Below, in pieces: positions 13,189 to 25,386 of a DNA stretch of 64,000 nucleotides (its first letter is position 1; the number at the start of each line of letters is the position of its first letter). The translations under genes and the position numbers were made by a program. Where the stretch lies: contig JAPETS010000035.1 of the NCBI GenBank assembly GCA_026023565.1, forward strand, positions 248,001-312,000, read 5' to 3'. This DNA comes from Cirrosporium novae-zelandiae. Taxonomy: Eukaryota. A model generated the notes under the pieces. The model was not told the DNA's origin. It saw only the letters and a list, made by a program, of their open reading frames with translations, and did no database searches.

Positions 13189-14345
13189 CGGCCCTAACAC
13201 ACACACAATCATATGAAAGGGGAACACGACAACGACAACACCTGGCGTAATTTTATATCTTTTCGGGGTTAGTATCCCCTCCACGGTTTCAACGGAACGA
13301 ATTGAGTGAGAGAGAAGCCCTCTAAGAGGGGGAGCTGCTGGAGTCACATGCTTTTTTCGTTTTTTTTTTAATCCGCAATACTTTTTGATAAATTTGGACT
13401 AAAGCGTCGGGGTTCTGGATTTTTTAGGGATCAGGGATTAGGGAATGGGAATGGAGAGGGAAGGAGGGGGGAGGGGGATGGGGGATGGGGGATGGAGAGG
13501 AATGGGGGATTACTTGTCAATACTTTTAGCTGTAGCTGTAAGCTGCTGAAGGCAAGCATACCTACCAACCTACCTACCAAACAAGCAGGCATGCAGGCAA
13601 GCATTAATACAAAAAATTATATTATAGATTTTATGGAGTTTTGGGAGGTTGGGTGGGTAAGGGTAAGATGGATTTGAGGTAGTTAGTGGTTGTTGTTGTA
13701 ACGTGCACTGCCATACCTAATTATCCTCTACCACAGTTAGACCCCAGACCCAGCCAGACCCACTTCTCACACGACCACGACCCATCATCACCACCATCAT
13801 CATCAAAGTGATAGTACCTACAGTAGGTACCTCATTAGTTCCTAATTCCTAGTGTCTGATCGCCCCCCCACCCCACAGAGTAGAGCTTCCTTGTTGTGCA
13901 TGTGCAAGTAAAGCTCTTGCTTTGGTTAAAAAAAAAAAAAAAAGGAAATGTTTATGTGGGTGTGGATGGTATTATTTTTCTACGAGTTTGATATGTGATA
14001 TGGAATGGAGTAAGCAAGTAGGGTTCTAAACTATGAGTATAACTAATTAGGTAACTTGAATACAGGATTTTTTCTGGCTGTGTGGATCGTTGATTTTATA
14101 TACGTGTGAATTTAATTTGTTTTTGTTAAGCTCTGTTTTAATATCTACTATAACCTGAAGGCAACATGCAGATAATCCTAAAATGAATTATCATCATTAT
14201 CATCATCGTTACTAAGCTCTCTGTATTTTTGAATTGTTTTGTTGTTAATAGATGGGTGAATGGATGGATGGATGGATCTGTGTTCTATAGTACAGTACCC
14301 TTTGCGCTTTGTGTGTGATCTTTGGGGCCTTTGAATTTGTGGAAG

Positions 14346-14658
14346 TTCGAACATGTGAGTGAGCTTGTTAAGGATCTTTAAGGTCTTCTTTCTTGGTGGA
14401 TGAATAGATAGGTCCTTGGGATAGTTATTTTCTAGATAAGGTGTTATTTTGGATGTTTGAAGATTTCCATGGGTAGATAGGTCTGGGAGGGAGGGGGTTA
14501 GCGGGGGTTGTCTTGTTTCTTCTTCTCTGTTGAATTTCGAACATGTGAGTGAGCAATGCTGAGGATCTTTAGGATCTTCTTCCTAGCGGATTAGATAGGC
14601 CTTTGGAATCGTTATTTCTAAATAGGTATTATTTTGGATGTTGAAGACTTCTATGGGG
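14346..14658. repeat. Diverged tandem duplication of ~125-bp unit (period 190 bp)
   Basis: TTCGAACATGTGAGTGAGC...GGATCTTTA...TTATTTTGGATGTT...GAAGA occurs at 14346 and at 14536. Confidence 0.85.
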
Positions 14659-16466
14659 TGGTGGGGTTTGGCTTTTTTCTTCTTTGTTGGGTGAGTTATC
14701 AAAAGTTGACTTGATTTGGGTTGCCCAAGCATAGCACAGACAGTGCAGTGCAGTGCGTAGCTTAACACTTATCTAACCTCGGACGCGAACTCGATTTTCT
14801 GGTAGTCTGTTATGTAAAAGAATGGATCTGATCCAGCTTTGAGAACCCACAATAAAGGTTCCCATCGATGTGTTTTTCCGGTTTGGGCTTTGAATGTTCT
14901 TTGTCATGGTATTTCCTCAGCAGAACACGTGGTTATTGTGGAAGAGCACTGATACCAGTGTGACCAATCACTAGCGCTCTTAGGAATCGAACTCAACCTA
15001 GTATTAATGGCATCGGACAATTGTGAGGTAAAGCCCAGCGTCAGCTGCTGTAAGCTATGGATCCTATGTATTGAGAGATGGCCAAGCCTCTGTGCTTGTA
15101 TTGGAATTGTCTCCTTTGGCTGGTACATCTTTATCAGATGGGATCTCGTTTTTAGATTGACGGATTGATGGATTGGCGGTCCAAGGTAGGGAAGGCCATT
15201 CCAAACCCAAACCTCTGTGCTGCTCTCAACCTACTTCCAGGAGGCGACGGTGTGGCTTGAATACGAGGCACAAGTTTAGCCAGTCCGTGACGCCAGAGAT
15301 GATCGTAAGATATCGTCTGTGCTGTTAGACCTACCAGCATATCCCAAAATCCTTCAATTATTGAATGAACTTCTTCATTCTCCTTGGGATTTTAACATAG
15401 AAGATGGCTCATTGGTGCCACAAACTGCTCCGTGATAGATCGTGTAGATTGGCCAAGGTTGGAATCATCTCTGGAATAATGCTCGAGGAGTCGCAAGTCC
15501 GTTTAGAATAAGAGGGAGGTGACTCGTCATGCCAACGCTTGGGGAGACGTAATTGCAATTCTCTAGCAGACGTTATTTCTGGAAATGCTGGTGATGATAA
15601 ACACCGATAGCGATTCTGCGACCACATATAATTAAAAATGATTGAAAATAGAGGATAAACTAGCAGAACTAGCCAGCAAAAAAAATTCCCTAGGGCGACA
15701 AAATTTGCAGGGAATGAGAAAGAGAGCTCGAGATATTAGGCTGGAAAAGCGGCAGCAACATGCTCTAAATCTGGAGGTTATTACCTTTGAAATCCACATT
15801 CATTTGTCAAGTAGCTCTGAATAGGTCCGTATTAGGAGAGGAACAAGCCGGTGTGTAAACTATTGGAAGAGGATTTATATGAGGTAGTATCCGGAAAAAT
15901 GAGTAAGAGGGATTTGCGAATCTAGAGGGTGAGGGGCAAGGTCTAAAAGGCGGAGATCAGATAAGATTGCAGTAGATGAGAAGGTTTCTGGGGGGAGTTT
16001 TATGATGCTAAAGGATCCTAGTTGAACATCAGTTGAACATCCAACCTTTAACCAGCAAACGGGCCGAGCTTTAGGCTATGTTTTAGCTGTTTACGGCCTT
16101 CTTGGCAGGCACTCAGGTACTGAATCCAAACTGATTTCCACCCGGTCCACTGAGCCCACTTTCCTTAACCTCCCCCGACCCAACATCCAGGCGCGCGTTT
16201 CGTATCTTCTACAGTAAACTTCGCAATTTGTATTAGGATGGGAAATGCCTTTCCGCTCAGCGTGAGATGTCTTCCTGTCGTCCCACTGTTGAAACAATGC
16301 TTCCGCTATCAGTTTCTTGGGGTTCTTCCCCACCTGTAACATTTAACATTGTCCTCTCCTCAGTCCAATCTGTGCTTCTGGTTTTTCTTTCTCTAGAGCA
16401 ATATCTCCCCCCCACCAAACTTGCTTCTCACACATCAGTTGGACAAGTGGGAAATAGTCATCAAAT

Positions 16467-18369
16467 ATGCGCACTTTCACAACAGCCAGATCGGCTGCTC
16501 TGGTAGTCTCTGCAATTGCCTCCCGTGCAGCCGCCATTAGTCTGGATGTAGACTCTACCTGTATGTTTCCCTTCCTCGTTCGCTCTCCAGTGACATGAGC
16601 TTACCTTGCCTGTTATAGCTTCAATCAAGTCTGCTGCGAGCACAATTGCCTCTGGCTTGTACTCCTACTATGACTCTTCCACCGAAGGGGGTCTCCCTTC
16701 ACCATATTACTGGTGGGAAGCGGGAGCAATGTGGGGTGGTTTTCTCCATTATTGGCACTACACTGGAGATACGACCTACAATGATGTATTAAAGTCCACT
16801 CTCGTATCTCAGTTCAACGAAACCACCAATGACTTTATGCCATGGGCCGAGAGATATAGTGAGGTATGTTACTTGAGCTTCTCCATGCAGCGACACCAAC
16901 TAAAGCTGATGGTCGATTAGGGCAATGATGATCAAGCTTTCTGGGGCTTTGATTCAATGGCCGCAGCTGAATTTGGCTTCTCAGAATCTTCACCATCTTG
17001 GATCACGGTAACTGAGAACCTCTTCAACTCTCAAGCTCGTAGATGGGATACTACCACCTGCGGCGGAGGTCTAAAATGGCAGATCTATACCTGGAACAAT
17101 GGTTATGACTACAAGAACTCGGTTTCAAATGGTGCCTTCTTCAACATCGCTGCTCGTCTTGCTGCTTACACAGGAAACGATACCTATGTCGAATGGGCCG
17201 AGAAGGTTTGGACATGGATGAACGATGTTGGGCTCATGGACTCCAGCTATAACGTCTTCGATGGTACCGACGACACTGATGATTGTTCGACTATCAATAA
17301 ATATCAGTGGACCTATAACGTTGCTATGATGCTGCACGGTAGTGCTGTGCTAGAAAACTATCTTTCATCTTCTACCTGGAAGACTCGCGCAGCAGGCCTT
17401 CTGGATGCCTTTGAAGTCTTTGTTGGACCGTATGATAATTCCACAAACATCATGTATGAAGCTCAGTGTGAGAAGTCGGCCAATTGCAGCCAGGATGAAC
17501 AAAGCTTCAAGGCGTTTGCTGCGCGTTGGTTGGCTAAGACTATCCAATTATCATCATGGACGAAGAGTACCATCATGCCCTGGCTCAAGGCCTCTGCTAA
17601 AGGCGCTGCTGCATCTTGCTCTGGCGGAGACGATGGCGTGACTTGCGGTTCGAAATGGTACATTGGTGGCTGGGATGGCAAGTCCGGTGTTGGCCAGCAA
17701 CTCGCCGCTCTGGAGGTCATTCAGAGCTTGCTCGTCGGATCCTCAAGCTCTCCTAGCAGCGAGGTCGATTCGGACTCTTCATCCAGTTCCAGTACCTCTT
17801 CATCCACCAAAAGTTCATCCACAGCCAAGGCTGCAACTACAACCAAATCATCCTCTACAAGCAAATCTACTAAGGAATCTACTCTAGAATCTTCATCTGC
17901 CAGTGAATCATCCTCAAGCGATTCCTCGTCTGATTCCGATTCCTCATCGTCCGATAGCTCGTCTTCTGAATCCTCGTCTCAATCTACAACAATCGCTGAA
18001 AATACATCTTCCACTGCTGATGCGGACAGCACTTCAGCTTCCTCAGTTTCCTCGGTTTCCGATGATGCGAGCAGCACTGTCGCTGTTGCTGCTGCTGAAA
18101 GTGCATATTCTACCCTATCAACTGTCATTGCTGCTTCTGTTTCATCTTCGACTGGAAGAACATATTCAACTGCAACAGCATCCTACGGATATGGAAGTTC
18201 CAACACTACGGGCACTCTCGGAACTGGCACGACATCTGCATCTGCATCTGCATCGCTTGCAACCTTCGCTGGAGCCGGTAGTACTATCAGTCCAGCTTCT
18301 AAGTCCACGCTACTTGGTGGTCTTTTCATGATGTTGATTGCCATGGCTTCTGCTGGGATGATATTGTGA
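16467..18369 (+). CDS. GH76 alpha-1,6-mannanase/transglycosidase (Dfg5/Dcw1-like) with Ser/Thr-rich stalk and probable GPI signal
   Basis: Signal peptide MRTFTTARSAALVVSAIASRAAA; YYWWEAGAMW; catalytic E-GNDDQAFW across an intron; CGGGLKWQI; YKNSVSNG; WTYN; Ser-rich tail and hydrophobic C-terminus. Confidence 0.92.
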
Positions 18370-19422
18370 ATATGACAGGCGAGAAATCTTGCTTTCTTAT
18401 CTGGAGTCTTCCAGTCTAAACAGCGTGTGCTTTGGCCGTAAGGAAAATTCTGGGTAGGGAGAAATTTGCTATTACGAGATACACCCAATGCTGAAATGTT
18501 ATTTATGCTACTCACAGAAAAAATAAAATGATATGACTTCTTAAAATCTGGTAATGCTGTTTCACCGTCGCATATTTTTCACTGTATAATAGGATGAGGA
18601 GCAGCATAAGTCACGGGACGTAAGGTTTGCTGTCGGGTAATGTTCTCCGTAATCGGGACTAATGTTTGATATCTAGCAAAAGTATGAAGGGATACACTCC
18701 AGAGCCATCTTAATTCTACCTATTATTATTAAGGGGAGACAGCAAAATAAAGAACTTGATATCGAGATTTCCTTCATAAGACATTATAAATGCCAAATTC
18801 CTCCCAAAGTTAATTATACTCCACGGTCGCTAAGGCCTTTTAAAAGATAGCTTATATAGAGATTGAAAGTATGTATCTATAAATTACGACGAGCATTTTG
18901 TGCTTGGGGGAGGCTTCTAGGAACAATGAGATTTCGAGGAAGGCTACATTTTGTCTAAAGTACGTATTTCTACTTGATATCAGAAAACAACGCCAAGAGC
19001 AAGTCTTGGTGATGGCTATTACGGCTCACGGCTGATGTGTGAATTCGCCCAGCTGGACGATCCGATGGCTAATAGATAGAACCAACCTGCCGGTAATCAT
19101 TCTTATTTTCATTTCTTCTTCCTTTGTCGAAGCACCATGAAAGGTTGAGAGGATTGTTATTGCCCAGCCTTAACAATTTTACCTCTGGCTGCCTTGAATT
19201 TGCCGCAACACCGCCTTTGCCAAATCTATATAGTTTTACTATATGGGCGCCAACTCGACTCACCTCACTTCACCTTGCTTGTTTCCTTAGTTGACCCCTT
19301 GCACTTCTTCCATCCACCTAGCTCTCCTTGAGTTCTTGCAACTTCTTTTCTCCTCGTCGCGGCGGGAGACTTGCTGTGGAGGATCATATGAGTTCCCCAC
19401 TTCATTAATAGTTACCCTAATA

Positions 19423-21011
19423 ATGCAGCTACCAGTGACACCTCGGAATGAATTGGAGATGCAAGAACCAGGCGACCGATCATTGCCATCGTCCTCGCGG
19501 CCTTCGCCCTCAAACTCAGGTAAGGAAAGCCCCTCATGGTTATATCATCTATGTCAACCTATTCTTATATCAGCCTAGGAGCCATAATCAATTCCCCTCC
19601 AGCTGGGGGCGTTTCCCTTGCCTATAATCCAAGAAACTCATATGGTAGACGATCTCTTATCCGAATCCCAAACAATGTCGAAGCATACCTTAAAACACAG
19701 CCACCACGTACATATCCAATAGCAACAAGCCTTCACGAGCTTCACAATCTCTGGGATGTCGAGCTGATCCTGCTAGGCTTCCCGTCTGATGTTTCATCGG
19801 ACTCCTCCAGGATCAGGATACGGGTTTCGTCAAAGCATCTGATTCTTGCTTCCCCCGTCTTCAGATCGATGCTTGAAGGAGAATTTAAGGAGAGCAAAAT
19901 ATTGGAATCTGACAAATCGGTTCAGATTCCTCTCCCCGATGAGGATCCTAATACTTTCTTACTGATAATGCTCATTCTTCATGGCCTTAATCGAGAGGTT
20001 CCACGAAAAATTAGTGTGACCATGCTTGCAAAGGTTGCGACCATAGTTGACAAATATGAGCTGTATGAGGCAGTCGACACCTTTCTGGAAATATGGCTCT
20101 CGAAGTTGAAGACCGTGCGACCCACCATGCTTTCACGCGCCGCCCTCTACAACTTGGGTTTTACTGACAATATTATTCCTTGGCTTTGGATTTCGTCAGT
20201 ATTTAAGCTTGACAAGGATTTCCAGTTCATCAAAAAGCTTGCTGCAGAAATGAGTGCGGGCAAATTTGAGGAGGAGAACATCGTTGAGTTTCCGATTCGA
20301 GACTCAGTCATTGGTAAGTGGCGATTCATATTGCTAAATGCAACTGTTAATAGTTGCTAACTTGAGGGAGATGGTATCAATGAAGCTCGTCAACGTTTCT
20401 GTAAGCAATTCTACGAAATTGTTCGATCCTTGCTTCTTAACCACAAGCATCGTGTCACTATTTGCTCTCTGGAGTGCGATACAGTGATACTCGACATCCT
20501 TTTGAGGTTTATGCGTGAACTCAGGCTGTCTGAATATTTAGGCTACTTCGGTCATCATCATCCTAGCTTCTGCTATTGGAAACTCGTCTCTTGGATTGAA
20601 GAAACCACCAATCTCCCGAGTAGATGTCTGATGATCGAAAAGGCGTTGAAAAGGGCACACATAAAAATGATAGTTCGGAAACTTACATTCAGACCCTGGA
20701 AGGAAAGCTACATAACAGCTCTTGCTGCATGTCAGTGCAGAGGCCCTAGAAAGGAGCTCCTCGAGCTCGCTCGCATTTGCAATAGGGATTTTCGGAATGC
20801 ACGATCCAACCTAGCCGCGGCCATTTGTGTTGGACCTATGATGGCATCAGCCCTCCTTGGAGACTTGAGAGCTTGTGATGAAACAAACCTCAAGCGAAAA
20901 ACCGTGGAGCATCTTTTGTATCTCAATCAGCCACTGAAGTATGGATTATGTATTGGCCCAATTGTGCCGTTGAGGGCTGCGAAGAAGAAAATGTTTGGAA
21001 TGTTTATTTGA
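19423..21011 (+). CDS. BTB/POZ domain protein (fungal type), probably 3 exons
   Basis: RVSSKHLILASPVFRSML..FKES...LPDEDP..F..IMLILHG...LAKVATIVDKY is a fungal BTB signature. Donors GTAAGG (~19520) and GTAAGT (~20314). Start and C-terminal exon are less certain. Confidence 0.75.
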
Positions 21012-21917
21012 GCATTGTCTGTTGGTGCTTACATCAAGGAATCTTCACGGAATGAAAGGATGTAATGTCAGTTGGAAAGAGTGCATGATTCTGGACCTGA
21101 AGTATGATGCTACAATTTTGATAGGATTTTTTCAATGGCAATTGTGAGAAAGTTAGAAAATTAGGATCAGTGGGATGGATCAGCACAGTAGCCTCGATTG
21201 TAGATACAAAGGGACCAGTGATAATGGAGTGGTACCTGACATAAATGTCGTTGTGGGGGGGCCGGTGACCCTCGGCCTCTCAAATCTTTCTCAATCTCGG
21301 CTATGATGTGTGACCTGCAGAAAATCAACTTTCATGTCTCAACGGCCTCCCTTGGCCTTTCCCTTCTTAGCTATCTGCTGTAATTACTGACTACCCCTGA
21401 CATAACAATCATGGCGTTCCCCTCAAAAGTTGTCGTGGAGAAATTTTGCCTGGTGATGTGTGCACGCTCCTTATCAAGGTCTAATTGTCTATAATGTCTA
21501 ACTATAATCTATCAATTCTATCGATTCGATTAATTTATTACCCATTTATTACCTATATTTGCCATATTAAGGATAACTTTGGTCGCTAAGTGTGGCGTGT
21601 GACGGCCAGCTATCTCTTTCTGGAAACAAACCAAGGTTACCTGACGGAGGACACGACCTCTTAGGAGTCTAGGCAACCCCCTCCAGACTCCAGAGATATT
21701 GAAAAATACGTGGTGCTATATCAACTTGCTCATTCGGTCAATGATCCTCCGCACCTGGCCACTGCTTTTCATCGTCGTATATAATATCCACCATCCTGCA
21801 ACTATGGCACCATGGATGCTGCTTCACTGTTGCTGCGCTTTATTGAAATTTAGAACCTCTGGTTCTATTCCTTCCTTGAGGTCCGACGCCTCTTGATTTT
21901 TCTACCCTCTTTTCAAC

Positions 21918-24876
21918 ATGCGTTCGCGCATCGGCGTCATTGCGCTTTCGTTGATTTCTACTCTCCTTCCTCCCACCTTCGCTGCTGTCAATGACACAGA
22001 TACATTGGAATATGTTCTCCAGAAGCTAAATTGGACCACCGAGGAGTACCTAGAAAAAATAGGGAGACTCAATCTCGACCAGTATTCACAAGCCGCTGCA
22101 AAACTGAATGCATCAAATTTGACCACTGAAAAACGGTGGACTTTATGGGGTTCAGTACCAGATGAATATACCGCTGACCCATGTATGATTGATATACCGG
22201 TATTTGATGTGTAAGAATTTACACTAATCGACTTTTAGATTATCCCACCCCTCCAGGTGGATGGATATCAGAATGGGAGGAGAGTTATGCCAAGGCAGAA
22301 AAGATAGTCAGTCAGATGACGCTTGCCGAAAAGGTTAACCTGACAAGCGGTACGGGACTATATATGGTGAGTTATGATAGAAAATACAACAGGAGGAGAC
22401 TCATGAAATGCGTTCAATATATAGGGACCATGTGTTGGAAATACCGGGACCGCTAGTCGACTTGGCATTCGAGGTTTCTGTTTGGAGGATTCCGCCCTTG
22501 GTGTCGCACTCACACATAATCAAACAGCTTTCCCTGCCGGAATTACAGTTGGGGCAACCTGGAATAAGGATTTGATGTACGAGCGTGGTGCTGCCCTAGG
22601 TATTGAGGCTCGTGGAAAAGGCGTCAATATCCAGCTTGGTCCAACCATCGGACCAATTGGTAGAAAGCCTCGCGGCGGCCGTAACTGGGAGGGGTTTGGT
22701 GTCGACCCAGTTCTTCAAGCTTGGGGCGGGGCGCAAACAATTAAAGGAATGCAAGATCAAGGTGTGATAGCGTGTGCTAAACATCTTATTGGTAATGAAC
22801 AAGAAGAATACCGAATGGATATTGGTATTATGACAGCCCTTTCAGCCAATATTGAGGATAGGCCAATGCACGAGCTCTATCTCTGGCCATTTGCTGAAGC
22901 CGTTCGTGCTGGCGTTGGATCAGTTATGACGAGCTATAACGACGTAAGAACCCGCTTTTACGAATTTTTCTTTTTGCCATTTACTAATCCCAGTAGGTCA
23001 ACGGCTCTAAAGCTAGCCAGAACAGCATGCTCATCAACGGTTTGCTCAAAGATGAGCTGGGGTTCCAAGGATTCGTCATGTCCGACTGGCTTGCGCAAAG
23101 GGGAGGCGTTTCATCCGCCCTTGCAGGCCTTGACATGGCAATGCCTGGAGATGCTTGGCTTCCGCTGTTAGGAAATGCTTATTGGGCCTATGAACTTTCG
23201 GAATCCATTCTCAACGGTACAATTCCGCTCACTCGCCTTAATGATATGGTCACGCGTATTGTCGCAGCCTGGTACCAGCTAGGTCAGGATGATGATTATC
23301 CCGATATCAATTTTTCATCAAACACGTATGATGAAACCGGTGAATTATCTCCCGGCGCTTTGATATCGCCAACTGGACAGGTAAATTGGTTCGTCAATGT
23401 ACAAGGAAATCATTCTATTATAGCAAGGCAAGTCGCTCGCGAGGGCATTACCATGTTAAAGAATGATGATAGCACACTTCCTCTCAGCACCTCTACTCCT
23501 TTGCACGTTTTTGGCGATGATGCCCAGAATAACGAAGACGGCATCAATTCTTGCTCTTTCCGTTCCTGTAATGAAGGAGTTCTGGGTATGGGATGGGGAA
23601 GCGGTACAGCGGAGTACCCATATCTTATTTCGCCTATCGATGCGATAAACAATCGGTCAACCGATGTCACGGAGCATCTCTCGAACAGCTTTCCCTCTAG
23701 TATCACAGTTACCGACGATGATGTTGCTATAGTTTTTATCAATTCTGACTCTGGTGAAAATTCTTTTACAGTGAATTGGAATTACGGTGATCGCAGCAAT
23801 GATGGACTTTACGCTTGGAATAGCGGAGACACATTAGTGAAAAAGGCCGCTGCTAAATTTTCTACGGTCATTGTTGTCATTCATAGCGTTGGGCCTATTC
23901 TCCTTGAGAACTGGATTGAGCTTGACTCCGTGAAGGCTGTTCTTCTTGCGCATCTTCCCGGGCAAGAAGCAGGCAGTTCCCTTGCTGATATCCTTTATGG
24001 CGACTACTCTCCTTCTGGTCATCTTCCTTATAGCATCCCCGAATCGGAGGATGATTACCCTGACAGTCTCGACCTTGATGGATTCTGCTTTGGCCAGGTT
24101 CAAGACACATTCAGTGAAGGTAAGTTTCCAATGTTATATGCATATCGACCTTTCTGATTTTGCTAGGATTGTACATTGATTATCGCTACCTCAACGAGCA
24201 AGGCACTACACCTCGTTATGCCTTTGGTCACGGGTTAAGCTACACCAATTTCACTTATACCGCCACCTTAACTACTGTTGGGACTCTTACATCCACGCCA
24301 GCAAGCCGGACTACGAAGGGCTCTACTCCATCATACGATACCAGTATCCCAGATGCTTCTGAAGTTGCCTATCCAGATGATATAGATGTTATTTGGCGAT
24401 ATCTTTACCCATATCTTGATGATCCTGAGAGCATTACTGCCTCGGATGACTATGATTATCCTGATGGATATTCGGAGACTGCTCATGCTATTCCTGTTGC
24501 CGGCGGTGCGCAGGGTGGCAATCCCGCGCTCTGGGACATAATGTTTAATGTCACAGTCAAGGTGACAAACACAGGAAGCTACACGGGCAAGGCCGTTGTT
24601 CAACTTTACGTACAGGCCAAGGATACCGATGTCGAATTCCCTATCATACAATTGAGGGCATTTGAGAAAACCCAGGAGCTGAAGGCGGGTGCTAGTGAAT
24701 CAGTTGTTTTATCTCTGACGAGGAAAGACTTGAGTTATTGGAATATCGAGCAACAAAACTGGATTATCCCCACTGATAGTTGGGCGTTTTGGATTGGAGA
24801 CAGCTCAGACAGTTTGACCTTGGCGTGCACTACCTCGGATTCCACTTGCTCATCGGGCCAGACATCGCCAGTTTGA
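21918..24876 (+). CDS. Secreted GH3 beta-glucosidase with C-terminal FnIII-like domain (5 exons)
   Basis: Signal peptide; [39 protein letters not shown] (nucleophile Asp); [30 protein letters not shown]. Confidence 0.95.
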
Positions 24877-25386
24877 AGGCAATGGAAGTGAATGATATGG
24901 TAGACATGATATAATTGACAAAAATTACGAGAATTAAGATGTATCAATATTGACCTCCCACGACTACGTATTCTTATACCAAAAGTAGACTGGTGTGGGA
25001 AATAGAGTTTACAAAAAGTATGGGGTAAATAGCTTAAATCCGAAGTGGCTTTGAATGCCGCGGTTACTGTCGGCTTCCCCAACATTCAGTCAGCCCTTAC
25101 TCCATCTCCAACGCAATCCTTTAGGCGATATGACTGTCATTGCTTTGAACATCAGCATTCTGTCTTTTGCTGGTCTTTACCAGCTGACAGTCTGCTTTGA
25201 TGCCAACTATTTTAGTCCCTCAATAAGAGTATTTTAGCCATTATTCATTCCTAAGGAGAAAGGAATTACGGGATTCAAGTCCAGCTTTTCTCGCCATCTT
25301 TTCTTCCAGTCTTCCGCCTGCTTCGTTACCATCCCTTCCGGCCCCACCCAAGTCAATTGAAGTACAAACTCGACGGCAGTAGCAAA

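Noticed and set aside
3276..24876. Putative carbohydrate cluster (sugar porter, PMT, GH76, GH3)
   Set aside because: Interspersed with unrelated genes over 21 kb; no shared pathway or regulator evident.
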